63,630 nt of DNA, filler included, from Vannella sp. (GCA_023345925.1; 6 parts of 6 records of this genome joined end to end with filler, not necessarily neighbours in it), one strand, 5' to 3'. Shown: positions 48,841 to 60,479, counted from the whole stretch's first letter. Made by a program: numbers and translations. Notes: generated by a model not told the origin, from the sequence alone.

Positions 48841-48905
48841 CAGACAGCAGTAGGTCAGGATCCGCCCTTCTGGTTTGAGGCGGGTCCTTCATTGTGTTTG
48901 TCAAG
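48841..48905 (-). promoter_or_regulatory. SECIS element in the selenoprotein S 3' UTR
   Basis: Minus strand reads ATGAA-GGACCCGCCT-C-AAA-CCAGAA-GGGCGGATCC-TGAC: AUGA/GA core, ~10-bp helix with one mismatch, apical AAA. It lies ~100 nt downstream of the in-frame UGA. Confidence 0.9.
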
Positions 48906-48987
48906 ACAAGACTGGCTGGGCTGTCATTGATGGTAAAGGAAGCTCTTCCAATGGACACTTAGCGAGTGCCAGTCCAAAGGAAGAAGC

Positions 48988-49599
48988 TTATCCTCAGCCT
49001 CCGCGTTTGCGAGGGTTGCAAACCTCAGGGCGGTATCGTGTGGCTCCTCCACGCTCCCACAACGGGACAAAAGGATCCTCTGATTGAGGAGGTGACGCTG
49101 TGGTGCGGCCAGTGACAGCTGCAGCCTTCTTTGCAGCAAGTTCAGCAGCTTTCTCCGCCTTCTCTTGCTTTCGTCGTTCCTCGGCCTCCTTCAGAGAAAG
49201 CTCCATCTGAAGCTGCTGCTTCTCACCTTTGCTACTTTGTTAGCTTTAAAGACCACCACGTCGAGGCGGGAGAAGACATACGAGCTGCACGTAAGCCTGG
49301 GAGGGAAGGGTCTCCCTTTTGCCCCACTTTCTTTGCTTTAGAGCGTGTTCTAAGAGAGGTCTTGGGGATGATGAGGTCCCAGCATGAGTAGATTGCTATA
49401 AGCAAGAACACAACGCCCCATATCCACTGGTAGTTGTCGTTGAGGAGCTGCCGTCCGTTCTGAATGACACCCGCTTCACCCAGGCGTTAGTACGCTCTCT
49501 TACTCCTTTTCAGAGTCCCTCACCGATCTCCTTTGGTAGAAGCGATCCTTGTGTCTCCAACGCGCCCGCCAGGTCGCTCACAGACGCCGGCTCTGCCAT
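48988..49599 (-). CDS. SELENOS: Selenoprotein S (VIMP); Sec codon at 48994-48996 (3 exons)
   Basis: Spliced TM WIWGVVFLLIAIY, coiled coil LRAA|REKQQLQME, and C-terminus FVPLWERGGATRYRPEVCNPRKRGG-TGA-GGA-TAA (GGUG*). A SECIS lies downstream. Confidence 0.9.
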
Positions 49600-49639
49600 A
49601 AGGGAGAGGGGAAATGGTTCATTTGCTCTCTCCCTGGCG

Positions 49640-50131
49640 ATGGTGTGCATGGCAATGGAAGGAAGCGATCAGTGTTGACAGTAGGGGGTGGTAGGAGGAC
49701 ATAGACTCGTACGAGGCCTTCTTCGAGAGGATCATTGAAGGGTACGTGGCTGGCTGAGTCCCAAAGGTCACAATGGTTGATGGTGTGGTTGCAGGATCCC
49801 AGGGGCAACTGCAGCAGTGGTTGCGGATAGAGATGGGGTACCTATCATCTCTGTAGGGACACTGGAGAATGCTCAGGCTGCAGCGGGCATGGCGACAACG
49901 TTCTCGATGTCGGCTGACCAAGCCAGCAAGCTTCGAATAGGCACATGCAAGACGATCGTACACATGTATACTGATCACGTTGTGGTTCACATCAGCTACC
50001 TGCCCCTCGTAATCAGCATCTTCGGCACGTCCGAGTGCAACATCGGCCTCGCCCTGGACCTAGCAGACGAGATCAGGTCCGTTCTTAGCACCCTCCACAC
50101 GCAGCTCTCTGCTACCTTAGATATGCAATAG
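49640..50131 (+). CDS. LAMTOR3: Ragulator subunit LAMTOR3/MP1 (3 exons)
   Basis: VADRDGVP...TFSMSADQASKLRIG...KTIVHMY...PLVISIFG...NIGL; the first coding exon is ATG only. Confidence 0.92.
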
Positions 50132-50219
50132 ACCAAGCCTTCTCCTCTCGTCCTCCAGTTGGGCGGGAAACAGGTCCAGCAGTTGGGCTTCGTGTTTCTG
50201 CTCATTTTCACATCCCTGC

Positions 50220-50797
50220 ATGCTGGCTAGCCCTCTGAAGTCTCCTTTCGAAGCGTTCTACATGCAGCAAGAAGAAGAGCGAAAGAATGCGCCAAGTACC
50301 CTGCGGAAACGAAGACGGGAGGAGGGGGAAGAGTCGGGGCAGTTGTTCGCCTGGAATCCCACGGAACAGAAGCGTTTACGGCAGGACGTTGATCTTATCT
50401 ATCGTATGGAACTCTGTGGCGGTGTAACTTGTGGTCAAGGGGGCTCACAAACGAATGTTTAGGCAATACGGTTCATGTACTTCGCCAAAACGCTCAGAAG
50501 CAACTCCACGTAGTCACCAAGAGGGAGGTAGACTTTGAGAACGTCATCATCCAGTCCGATGAGAGCCCCTGTAGACTCTGTTCGCTCACCCCTAACGAGA
50601 AAGGACAATGCCAAGCCTGCAGTGCCCGAGTCTGCCTTGATTGCATGTTCCAGTGTGCCATCTGCCTTCAAGTCTGCTGTAACACATGCCAACTGACTAA
50701 GTAAGATCCCCATGCCGTAAGCGCAGTCCCCCTAACCCTCCTCCAAAGGTATTTCGGGTCTCATGGAGAGACTCGTCACTGTCCAGACTGTCTTTGA
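50220..50797 (+). CDS. Siva-like Cys-rich zinc-binding protein (3 exons)
   Basis: IY|RNTVHVLRQNAQ helix, then CRLC...CQACSARVCLDCMFQCAICLQVCCNTC...Y...ETRHCPDC, matching Siva Cys spacing. Confidence 0.72.
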
Positions 50798-50924
50798 GTG
50801 TAGCATGTGAATATATAGCGTATTTGACGGTTTAGAAGCCCCCAGGGATGTTGGGAGGCTGTTATGTACAAGTGGCACTGCATGGATACCAGTGGCACTA
50901 AACCAGTGACTCCCTGGGGTGTCG

Positions 50925-52255
50925 TTAGGGTGTGAAGAGTTGAAGAACTCCTTCAATAGGGCTCATGCACATGGGACATTCTTTCGTTGAGGCATTGATG
51001 TCTTCAGCGCAGTCGTGGCAAAGCGTGGAATGTCGACAAGGCAACAGAACCGAGTTGATGGTGGCATCTAAACAGACTTGGCATTCGTTGGCACTCCGCG
51101 ACTGCTCCCCGTTCTCTATTTCATGTCGGATGAGCTTCTCATCATCCATGGGAAGTCCCGCCTTGTGCAGAGCAAACATGGCGCTGATGATGCTGGAAGA
51201 ATTGATTCCTTTCTCCTCTAATCTGGCAACAACAGCCAAGTCTATCTGTAACGTAGCACCCTCCACATGAGCCACTGCTTTCTTGCCCGTTTTCTTCGCC
51301 ATTAAGTGGGCCTGTTGGGAAAGGGACGCCTCTGAGAGAAAAGTCGTTAGAAACTGAACCCGTCATGTCAAAGCAGCTGCTTATTTACCCTCTAGAAGAT
51401 GCTCTAGACCTGCTCCTAACATATTGTACCGCTTCAGATAGTCTTCGATGGACCCAGCGTTAGATTGGGCCAAAGGATTGGCGCCTCTGGCCAAAAGTGT
51501 CTGGACCACATCCGAATGTCCCCCTCGTATGGCAAGGTGCAAGGCCGTTTCGCCCTCCCTTATCAACCGATAAGCTACTTCTACTACTTGTTATCGAATG
51601 GCATCATACCTGTTACGTTGGCCCAAGTCAGCGTGTCGTTCTAAGAGAGCATGGACGATTGGCGAGTGTCCCAGAGAGCAAGCCAGATGCAGCGGTGTCT
51701 CCCCGCTATTGTTCTGAGAGTTAACGTTGGCACCCTTCTCAATCATGAGATCCATTGCCCGAAGGAAAGGCAGAGCTTCCCCTTCCTCTCCCTGAAAGAG
51801 GTTCTGGATCATCAAATGCAGAGGACTGGCTCCCTCGTCGGTCAAAGCCGTAGGCTGGGCGTTCCCAATGCTCACAAGTGTTCGAATGATATCAAGAGAC
51901 TGCTTGGTATGGCTAAAACAGGCGTCATGAAGAGGACTCCATCCACTCGAGTCTCTCTTGTTTGCATCCGCTCCCTGCTCCAGTAGCATCTCTACCAGTC
52001 CTCCGTGGCCCTCTCTACATGCTGCATGCAATGCTTCACCCCCTGGGTCAACTCCCATCGCCCACAGAGCCCAAACGCACCAGTTCGTTGCTTTTCATCC
52101 GTCTGTTGAAGTGACCTGCGCTTGGACTTCCTCAGTAGCGCACGCACTTCTTGGACATCGTTCCTCTGCGCACTTTCCACTATCGAACAGTGCGATCCGC
52201 TTGATCTACCCCGCAAACGCCCCAAAATGCGGCTCCGCGAGGGCGACGCCGCCAT
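50925..52255 (-). CDS. Ankyrin repeat + C-terminal RING-HC E3 ligase (4 exons)
   Basis: GWSPLH, GETPLH and GETALH repeats; terminal CQVCLDATINSVLLPCRHSTLCHDC...CPMC. Confidence 0.9.
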
Positions 52256-52324
52256 GGTGAAATGCTCTTTCCTGCGTCTGGGGAGGAGAGAGCAGGTGTG
52301 GAAGAGTCATTTTTAGTTGGTGAG

Positions 52325-53543
52325 ATGGAGCTGGCGGGCTTCCGGGCGCTCCCTTGTCGGCTGGAGCCTTCTGGGCATGTTCGATTGGTTTATGTCAAAC
52401 TGCATCGCGGGAAGGGCAAGAAGGAGGAGGGGAGGACTTTGTTTGTCACTAACATACCTCCTATGTGTCCTGTGGTGGAGCTGGTGCGGCTCTTCTCGCA
52501 GTTTGGCGAGATCTCTGCTCTGTCGCACGGTTCCCTCAACCAGAAGGCTTTGGGGAAGGTCCGGGACCCCCAGAACGTGATGAAACTACAACGATTGGAT
52601 CCTAACTTGAACATCAACGTGGGCCGGACCTTCAAGATCGACTATGATCTCAAGTACAAGCGTTTGAATGATGTAAAGGCTCTGGAGGCTCGGCGTGCCG
52701 AAGTTAGACGGGCGATTCGAGAGAGTAAGAGCTTGTAGTCAAACTGTGATCCATACTAGTTCTCACACTGAACTACAGAGGCTCTCCGTGGGCCGGGATC
52801 GAGTAAGAGTGCGATCAAGGGTGACGCGAACGAGGATGGAGAGGAACCTGACAAAGAGGACGAGACCCCTGAGGAAATGCCCTCTTCACCAACATTCCTT
52901 GGTTGTGAATACCTTCATATCACCTTTACAGAGGAAGAGGACGTCGAAGCGCTGATGAACTTGTCCTCCGACGCCCTCCTTGAGCTCGATCTCTCTATCG
53001 ACTGCACCGTTGGCTCTATTGTAGACGAAGAAGTGACCAATACTGCGCACAATCACACAGGACCAAGTGCAGCCTCTCGATGGATAAGCGAGTACGAAGA
53101 GACACTCCAAGAGCCCCAATCTCTGGAGAAGGAAGCGAACCTGTTCATGCGACGCTTCGATAACAAGCTCCGCGTTGAAGCTGAAGAGCGATCCCGCAAG
53201 GCCAAACTGGAAGAAGATGGATGGACAGTCGTCACATCCGCCAAAAAGACGAAAACAGCGGATGGCTCGGCTCGTGTCACTGGCATCAAAGCAGACTCTG
53301 TTATCCTCCGTAGGAGCAAAAAGTCCAAGATTCTCGACAACTTTTACAAGTTCCAGAAGCAAGAGCAACGCCAAGAGAGTAAGTCACTATTTCACTTTTC
53401 CTCCGCCATCAAATGGCTTTGCCAGAGAGGCTCCGTTCCTAACAGTGTCTTCCACAGAACTGGCGGAGCTCCGAAAGCAGTTCGAAGAAGACAAGAATCG
53501 CATTGAGCAAATGCGCTCCTCTCGCCAGTTCCGCCCCTTTTAG
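52325..53543 (+). CDS. RRP7: rRNA processing protein Rrp7 (3 exons)
   Basis: RTLFVTNIPP (RRM-like), EEDGWTVV, NFYKFQ...LAELRKQFEEDKNRIEQMRSSRQFRPF. Confidence 0.93.
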
Positions 53544-53625
53544 AGGGAAGGGTGGACTCCTATGTCTAAACCCCTCTACGTGCAGTCATAGATCAGTCAT
53601 AGCTCCGTTTATGTCGGTGGGAGAG

Positions 53626-54220
53626 CTAAGCCTTGACTTTGAGAGCTTCTTGTTGTTCGGCAAACTCGGTGCGAAGATCAGGGTGGACTCTCCACGTGCT
53701 GGTTCTTTCGTCGTGTACGTCAAAGTACTCGTTGAGAGGTGGGGCTTGGATAGCGATGATATTGCCCTCAGCAACACCAGCAGCTGGTTTCTCAAAGTCC
53801 GTGGGGAAAAGGCGCTCGAGAGTGTCACAGAACGGCTTGTAGACACGAGTATAGTAAGGCTCAGGGCCATCTGGGATCTCAGGACAGGCGGGGACGAACA
53901 ACTTGAAAGAGGTGAACTGGCGATCCTCTCTTTGGAAGGAATTGAACTGTTCCTTCTTACTCAGCGGCCCCAAGTTGGTTGGAAGGTTCAACTCTCCACT
54001 GGGAAGATTGTATGAGCCTTGTACGAAGCCGAGGGAAGCGCTACACTTACTACTTTGGCGTGGGGCGGAAGGTCGTGGGGTCAAGCATACGAGAAGAGTC
54101 CTCCCCTCGCACACGCTTTCTCATCTCATCCTTCAGTGAGGAAAAGCGATCAAGGAAGCTCTGAGATGCAACGTTCTCGGGCTTCTTCACACACTGGAGT
54201 ACCTGCCGTGTCGCCCGCAT
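53626..54220 (-). CDS. Hypothetical protein, possibly mitochondrial (2 exons)
   Basis: MRATRQVLQC... joins via a GTAAGT...TCCCAG intron in frame to ORF 53626-54114 (PKY|GELNLP). Confidence 0.65.
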
Positions 54221-54320
54221 CCCGACCCTTGGAAAATGAGATGCGGTCTCCCTCCTGTAGCACTGCTCTGGTAAGCAACTTCATTCTCACAAAGCACTAG
54301 AAGATGAGCTTCTGGTACCT

Positions 54321-55078
54321 CTAAGGCGCAGGAGTGACGAGGAGGTGAGCAATCTGGTGAAGGAGATCGCAAAGTTGACTTTTTTGGGCTTCTGGGGAGA
54401 GCACTGAGAGAGGAGGTACGTGTAAGAAGAAGCTATGAATCCCAGGTACGTTCTCTGTAGTAAGGAGCGAGTTGTAGCTGCGGAGGTTGTGAGCACCAAA
54501 AGCCTGAAAGTCTGCTTGCTTCCTTACAAGATGTAGTTGCAGAGGTAGCCCCCTGGATCATCAGAGAGTGTGTATGAACCCTCGTTGTTGTTACTGATAA
54601 GAGTAAGAGCCTCTGCTAAGGTGCTGGTGCGGGTGATAGAGTCCTCTTCCCGAATCTGTCTAACTTCAGAGTCTTGGAGTTGTAGAAAGGGGTTTCTGCT
54701 TACCTTTTGGAGCCCTGGAACCCATCCACGATGATCTGGCTCATACCACTCAGCAGTGTTGCGAGCAGTGCGCTCCAACGTGAAACGTTTGGCTGCGTTT
54801 GATACTCCCATGTGGAGGAACACATGGACGTCTCCCTGATGTGCAATGGAATAATAGAGCTTCTGCATATCCAGAAGAGCTTGCAGAACGCGTACGCCGC
54901 TCACCTCGATGGTGTAAAGGCCTCCAAAGCTGTAAGAACCGTCCTTACTCGCGAACTCCTCGGGTAACCGGCCTATCTCTTGCACCAACCACTCGGTAGG
55001 GTTAAGGCTCACACCTCTAAAGCTTCCAAAGCCCGTGACGTGGAACACCACCTTCCCTTTAGAACTCCCAGCCTCCAT
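54321..55078 (-). CDS. PGPEP1: Pyroglutamyl-peptidase I (peptidase C15, 3 exons)
   Basis: HVTGFGSFRGVSLNPT, LHMGV, LERTARN, SDDPGGYLCNYI|FYNSL and FFLHVPP give an intact E-C-H triad. Confidence 0.93.
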
Positions 55079-55144
55079 GCTTGCAGCAATCTACCGACGG
55101 ACGGTGGCAATGGAAGGTAGCAATGGCTGGTAAGAGTCATTTGA

Positions 55145-55456
55145 ATGTCGCAGCGGAAAGAGGAAGGCGGTCGAAGGCTGAAAGGCGTTGTTGCTCACCT
55201 CCCCATGTAAGGGCCACCTCTTTCGGTCACTAGGAGGTGTAGCTTAGATCAGTTCTAGTTGCTATGGGAACCTGACTTGGTGGCAAGGCCCCAACGCAGA
55301 ACCCACAAAGATTCACAAGTGGACGGTCTTCCTGCGCGGTTGTCAGAACGAGGACTTGACACAGATCATCAGGAAGGTGGTCATTACACTACATCCCTCC
55401 TTTGAGCGCCCCAAACGCTGTAAGTTGCGTGGTCCCGCGACTGTCCCTTCCTCACC
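55145..55456 (+). CDS. YAF9: YEATS domain protein Yaf9/GAS41, 3' truncated
   Basis: Spliced MSQRKEEGGRRLKGVVAHLPI|CYGN...HKWTVFLRGCQNEDLTQIIRKVVITLHPSFERPKR; absent from the ORF track. Confidence 0.9.
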
Positions 55457-55556
55457 NNNNNNNNNNNNNNNNNNNNNNNNNNNNNNNNNNNNNNNNNNNN
55501 TTAATTAATTAANNNNNNNNNNNNNNNNNNNNNNNNNNNNNNNNNNNNNNNNNNNN
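55457..55556. other. Artificial contig linker
   Basis: N-run with central TTAATTAATTAA. Confidence 0.98.
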
Positions 55557-56979
55557 AAGCGCTTCCGTAAGATGCTCCGCCGCGAGCAGGAGAAGGAGAA
55601 ACTCTCCCTCGAGGAGCTGGCAGTGGTCGATCCCGCCAAGTACCACAAGCTCTTGGAGGAGCGAGAGCTGGAACGTATCAAAGAACGGCTCACTTTGAAG
55701 CACAACAACACCTCAAAGTGGGCCAAGCGCGCAGTCAAGCAGAAAGATCTTTCCTCTCGCCAAGCCATTCAAGACCAGATCAACCAAGGGGCTGCCTTAC
55801 GACGCAAGATGGAGAACCTCCATGGTAGTGACAGTGATTCAGATGCTGGTGGGGACTCGGACGGAGACTTGGAGGCCGAGTACGATCGATTAATCACTGA
55901 AAGTGAGCCTGACAAGGGCTTACACGCCATGGCGTTCATGAAACGCGCTGCTCAGAAGCACAAAGAAGCTTTCTTAGACTCGTTAGATCCTCAAGAATCA
56001 GTAGGGGATGATTCTCCTGCAGGAAGGCGCCGATTTACACCTTCTGCGGCAGAATTGCAGCTACAGAAAGTCCAAGAAGAGCGCGCATCCACTGTAGCTA
56101 CACCCAAGAGTCGTAAGAAGAAGTCACCACTTGCTCAGGCACACTCTACGGGCAAACAGGCCAAAGTGTCTGCCGGGACAGACTCCCCTCTGCCTGTTGC
56201 ACCTGGCAGCGGGACTAAAAACCCCTGGATGAATCTCAAAGGAGCATCGAAAGTCACAAAGGAAGACAGCAACACTCCATCTGCTTCAGGGATGGGTCAA
56301 AAGGCAAAGAATCCTCTCCGAACTGAGCTCGATGTGGAAGATATCATTTCTGTCTCGGAGCAGAGACTGGCAGGTAAGAGAATACCTTCTTTGATGATGT
56401 TCTTTACTTACTTGATGACTGTGGATAGCCAATAACCTTCTGAGCAACCAACAGGACGTTGTGGAAGAAGCATTCGCTGGATTAGATGTTTACAAAGAGT
56501 TCGCAGGAGAGAAGGACGCCCTGCTTGACGAAAGTGACGATGAATCAACACAAAAAGGACCCTCTGCTGCGAACCTGGCCGGCTGGGGGTCATGGACTGG
56601 CGAGGGAGTGGTCCAGACCAAACGCCAACTGGCCAAAGAACGCCGCGCCAAGCAGAAGAAAGAAGCCGCCAAGAAGGCACGCAATGCAGCACGTAAGGAC
56701 GCCTCACTCAAGAACGTGATCATCAACGAGCGCATCACCAAGAAGTTCAAAAAGTACCAAGTTCAGAAGCTTCCTTTCGAGTTCAGCGACACGCGCCACT
56801 TTGACCGCACTCTTGCTCAGCCTCTTGGCCCTGAATGGAACACGTCCAGCTCCTTTGGTCGCATGAATAAGGCTGCAGTGCTGGTGCGCCCTGGTCTAAT
56901 GATCAGTCCCCTCTCAGAACCGCTCGCCAAGAAGCCAGCCAAACCCACCAAAGGCGCCCCCGCCCCCAAGAGAGCGTAA
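55557..56979 (+). CDS. UTP14: U3 snoRNP protein Utp14, 5' truncated
   Basis: RIKERLTLKHNNTSKWAK, MAFMKRA, NPW, LAGWGSWTGEG, LKNVIINE and QPLGPEWN motifs. Confidence 0.94.
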
Positions 56980-57057
56980 TGTAGCTGGTCTCCTTCCTTC
57001 CTTGGCCATTCAAGGGAAGCGCTTTCCATCCCTTGATCCAACTGGGCCAGTTTGGGG

Positions 57058-58159
57058 ATGGATAGCTTTGGGGTGGGTGCCACGGCTGCTGTGGGAGCTA
57101 TCATGGCGCTTGTGGCCTACGTAGTAGTGCGGAGAGGGCAGGTGATTCGGCAGAAAGCGATGTGGAGGGGGAGTCGCGTGGTAATCACAGGGGGGAGTGC
57201 TGGCTTGGGCTTGGCCATGGCGGAGGAGCTGGTCTCTTTGGGTGCCTCTGTCACTATACTCGCTCGTAACCAGCAACGCTTAGACGAGGCTGAAGCAGTG
57301 TTGTCACAGCTGCTCTCCAACCAAGAGAGAAAGGAAGGACAGTTCGTCCTTGCACTCTCCACAGACGTCACAGACGTTGCGTCGCTCCAGTCTGCTCGAG
57401 ATAGCATCGTTCAGAAGCAGCAAGGCAAGCCCATCGACTTCCTCATCTGCTGTGCAGGCGTAGCCAAGCCAGGTTTGTTCACAGACACCTCCCTCGATAC
57501 CTTTGAGCAGCAGATGCAAGTGAACTACCTGGGGACTGTCAAAGCCATCAAGACGTTCCTTCCTGACCTCATCTCATGCCCTAACCCGAGCAAACGGGTC
57601 GTCCTTGTCGCCTCCGCGATGAGTTTGTGCGGGTTTGTGGGTTATTCGCAGTATGCAGCCACCAAGTACGCTCTGAGGGGCCTGGCAGAGTGTCTACGAA
57701 ATGAGTTCCTCCTGTATGACATTGGAGTGTCGATCTTCTACGCATCCTCGATGGATAGTCCTGGTTATGCCATCGAGGAGCTGACGAAGCCTTCCCTTAC
57801 TCGCCAGATTGAAGGTACAGCCACACTCTTCCAGTAAGACCTCCACCACATACCTATCTTGTATGATTGACTCCTTTCCAGGCCATCTGTTGCCGCTTCC
57901 CACTGTCTTCGAGCGGTAGAGGCGGGGCACTTCCATATCACCAGCGAACTCTTCGTCGAGGTGATGCGAATAGCTAGCAATGGGTAAGCACCTATCTCTT
58001 CCTCTCTTCTATCCTCACTGTCACCTCTGTAGCCTCACTCCTCGCACTCATCCCATCCTGGAGACTTTGTTGTCGCCATTCCTTCCCTTGATTGGAGCCA
58101 TCGTACGCGCAGTCGTTTTCGACCGGACGGTTCTTCAAGCGAAGAGCAAAGCCAAGTAA
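57058..58159 (+). CDS. KDSR: 3-ketodihydrosphingosine reductase (SDR, 3 exons)
   Basis: N-terminal TM, ITGGSAGLG, CCAG, VNYLGT, GYSQYAATKYALRGLAECLRNE, DSPGYAIEELTKP; C-terminal KSKAK. Confidence 0.9.
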
Positions 58160-58191
58160 ACGGTCCACTGCACCATGTCATTGTCAGTGCG

Positions 58192-58611
58192 ATGGGAAGG
58201 ACGCGGTCAAGCCTGGAACGGCTCTGTCTAGGCACGTTTCTCGTTGAAGGGTGGATCAATCTGATCTCTGGTGTGCTTCTGATGGTCTATCCTACACTGG
58301 CACTTGATACCTTTGGTGTAGTGGACGCGAGAAGCTCCGTTGGCGACATGATTCGATGGTTTGGCTCTGTTGTCATCATCCTCGGCTGGATTGGCTTGAG
58401 GGCTCCAGTGAGCCCTGAGAACATCCAAGCACTGTTATTAGGGGACATTGCCTACCTCTTCGTCTACTTCCACTTCATTGAGAACCACGGAACACACACA
58501 GTAGCTGGGGTACTCTCTTGTGTTGTCCTCGTCGTCTTCCTTGCCGTTGTGCGGACTGTTTACCTCACTTTGGTCGTTCCTAGCCAATCCAAAGAAGAGA
58601 AGCTTCACTAG
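58192..58611 (+). CDS. Hypothetical four-TM membrane protein
   Basis: Single-exon 139 aa ORF with four hydrophobic helices. Confidence 0.7.
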   Translation: MGRTRSSLERLCLGTFLVEGWINLISGVLLMVYPTLALDTFGVVDARSSVGDMIRWFGSVVIILGWIGLRAPVSPENIQALLLGDIAYLFVYFHFIENHGTHTVAGVLSCVVLVVFLAVVRTVYLTLVVPSQSKEEKLH

Positions 58612-58661
58612 CAACCTCCATAAAGCCTCAAAAGCTCCTCATTTCTCGTTCTTCCTCAACT

Positions 58662-59395
58662 ATGATGCTTCACCAACTCACCCGCCCCCTTTCCAGGGTC
58701 ATGGCCCAACCATGCGGAGGATGGAGTAGCCAACGGTTCTTCGCCTCTCCAAAGCGCTCCTGCCAAGCCTGCAATAGTCCCATGTCTGCAAGTAGTCGTT
58801 GGGAGTGCTCCTCATGCGGTTTGCTTCAAGTACCGGGCGACTCAAACTACTTTGACATGCTTGAGTGGTACGGACGCCTTTGTGGGTCTTCTTGGGGCTA
58901 ACGAAGAAGCTTGGCAGTGATCAGCGCTTTGATCTGGACGCGGACAAGCTCTACAAGAGCTTTATTCACAGCCAGCGACAGACACACCCTGACAAGTTCC
59001 ATCAGAAGGGAGAGGGAGCCGTTAGGCAGGCCGAGAAGATCAACTCCCTCCTCAACAACGCGTACGGCACTTTGAAAGATCCCATCGCGCGGTCCAAGTA
59101 TCTACTCCAGTTGGCAGGAGTAGAGTATGGAGAGGAAGTCCCCTCTCCCGCTGCTGAGTTCCTCATAGAGGTGATGGAGGTGAGAGAGGACATTGATGAC
59201 AATCAACACAACCACGAGCACCTTCGAAAGCTCCAACTCGATCTCCTCGGCAGACGCACCGCTCTAGAGGAGCAATTGGCTTTGCAGTTTGCCAAAGAAC
59301 CACTCACAAGTGACGCTGTAGTGGACTTGACTTCTCGAATGATCTACTTGGGTAAACTCCTCAGCACCATCCACCAGCGTCTGCCTTCCTCTTGA
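58662..59395 (+). CDS. HSCB: Fe-S cluster co-chaperone HscB/HSC20/Jac1 (2 exons)
   Basis: Presequence, CQAC...CSSCGLLQ tetracysteine, J-domain HPDKF, NNAYGTLKDPIARSKYLL, EFLIEVMEVRE. Confidence 0.94.
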
Positions 59396-59573
59396 ACCTC
59401 TCTTCCCTTGGCTCATCTTCATCATTATCCACTCCTCGTGCCTCTTCGTGTCTTGTTGGCACTCCGCTCTTCTTTATTCTTCTCATCCTCTCTCCTTGTG
59501 CACCTTAAAGAAGCAAGCCCAGTGAATACACCTTTTGGGACCCACTGTGAGTACTTACATGGCTCATGCTTGC

Positions 59574-60479
59574 TCAAACGTCGACTGGTGCAGGCTCCTC
59601 TTTGATGACCTCCACTGGAGCAACCTCTTCTGCCTGATTGACGGTAACTTCCTCTACTACCATTCCATTTGCTTCGACCACAGACACAGGAGATGGATCG
59701 CGTGAGTGAGGAGCTCGTGTGGAAGGGGATGGCGAGTTGGAAGTGGCTCGAGGGCTTCGAGAACCAGACTTCTTCCGCTCGGTAGAACGTCCTCTAGAGG
59801 GGCTGCGAGAGGTAGAACCCTTTTCTTTCTTCTCCTTCTCTGGTTTGGGAGAGGGAGATCGTCCACGCCTTTTCGGGGAGCGGCGAGGAGGTCGGTCATA
59901 GGGCCTGCCGAGGAATATGAGAGAGCAGCGATAAAGAGAAGAGGGAACTGACTTGTCTGAACGGCGCCCTCTCTTGTTGCCCATCCCCGCGTCATAGTCG
60001 ATGTGCATCGGCCTTCCTTCAAGAGGGTGGTTATGGAACTTGCGGTAGACACGGCGTGCATCCTCTGCATAACGGAACTGTACAAAGGCGTGGCCCTTGG
60101 AGCGTCCCGTGTTGCGGTTGATGCCAACCGTAATTGTGTCAATGTCTCCCATCCGATAGAAGAGACGGTCTAGGTCCCTCTCGCGATAGCTGTACGGGAT
60201 GTTCCCCACAAAGAGACACCCTGAATCTTGAATATTGTCGCGCCCGCCTCGGCGAGGAGAGCGTCGATCCCGCCTGCGAGGAGAACGAGAGCGGCGGGGA
60301 GGAGAACGAGAGCGGCGAGGAGGAGAGCGAGATCGACGAGGAGGTGAACGAGAGCGACGAGGAGGTGAACGAGAGCGAGAGATCTCTCTCCTTGGACGAC
60401 GTTCAGGGGAAGGCGAGCGCCTCGGCTGAACAAAACCGTCAGCTTTCAGCCTTCAACTCAACCCAGCCCAACACACCAT
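59574..60479 (-). CDS. SR-family RNA-binding protein with RS-RRM-RS (Tra2-like) architecture (3 coding exons)
   Basis: ATG-only first exon, SRSPPRR repeats, RNP2 LFVGNI, RNP1 KGHAFVQF and a second RS region. Confidence 0.88.
60280..60378 (-). repeat. 21-nt coding tandem repeat (about 5 copies) encoding SRSPPRR
   Basis: Plus-strand units of GGAGAACGAGAGCGGCGAGGA type recur with period 21. Confidence 0.9.

Noticed and set aside
60280..60378. CRISPR-like array
   Set aside because: The units are adjacent with no spacers and encode RS-domain repeats.
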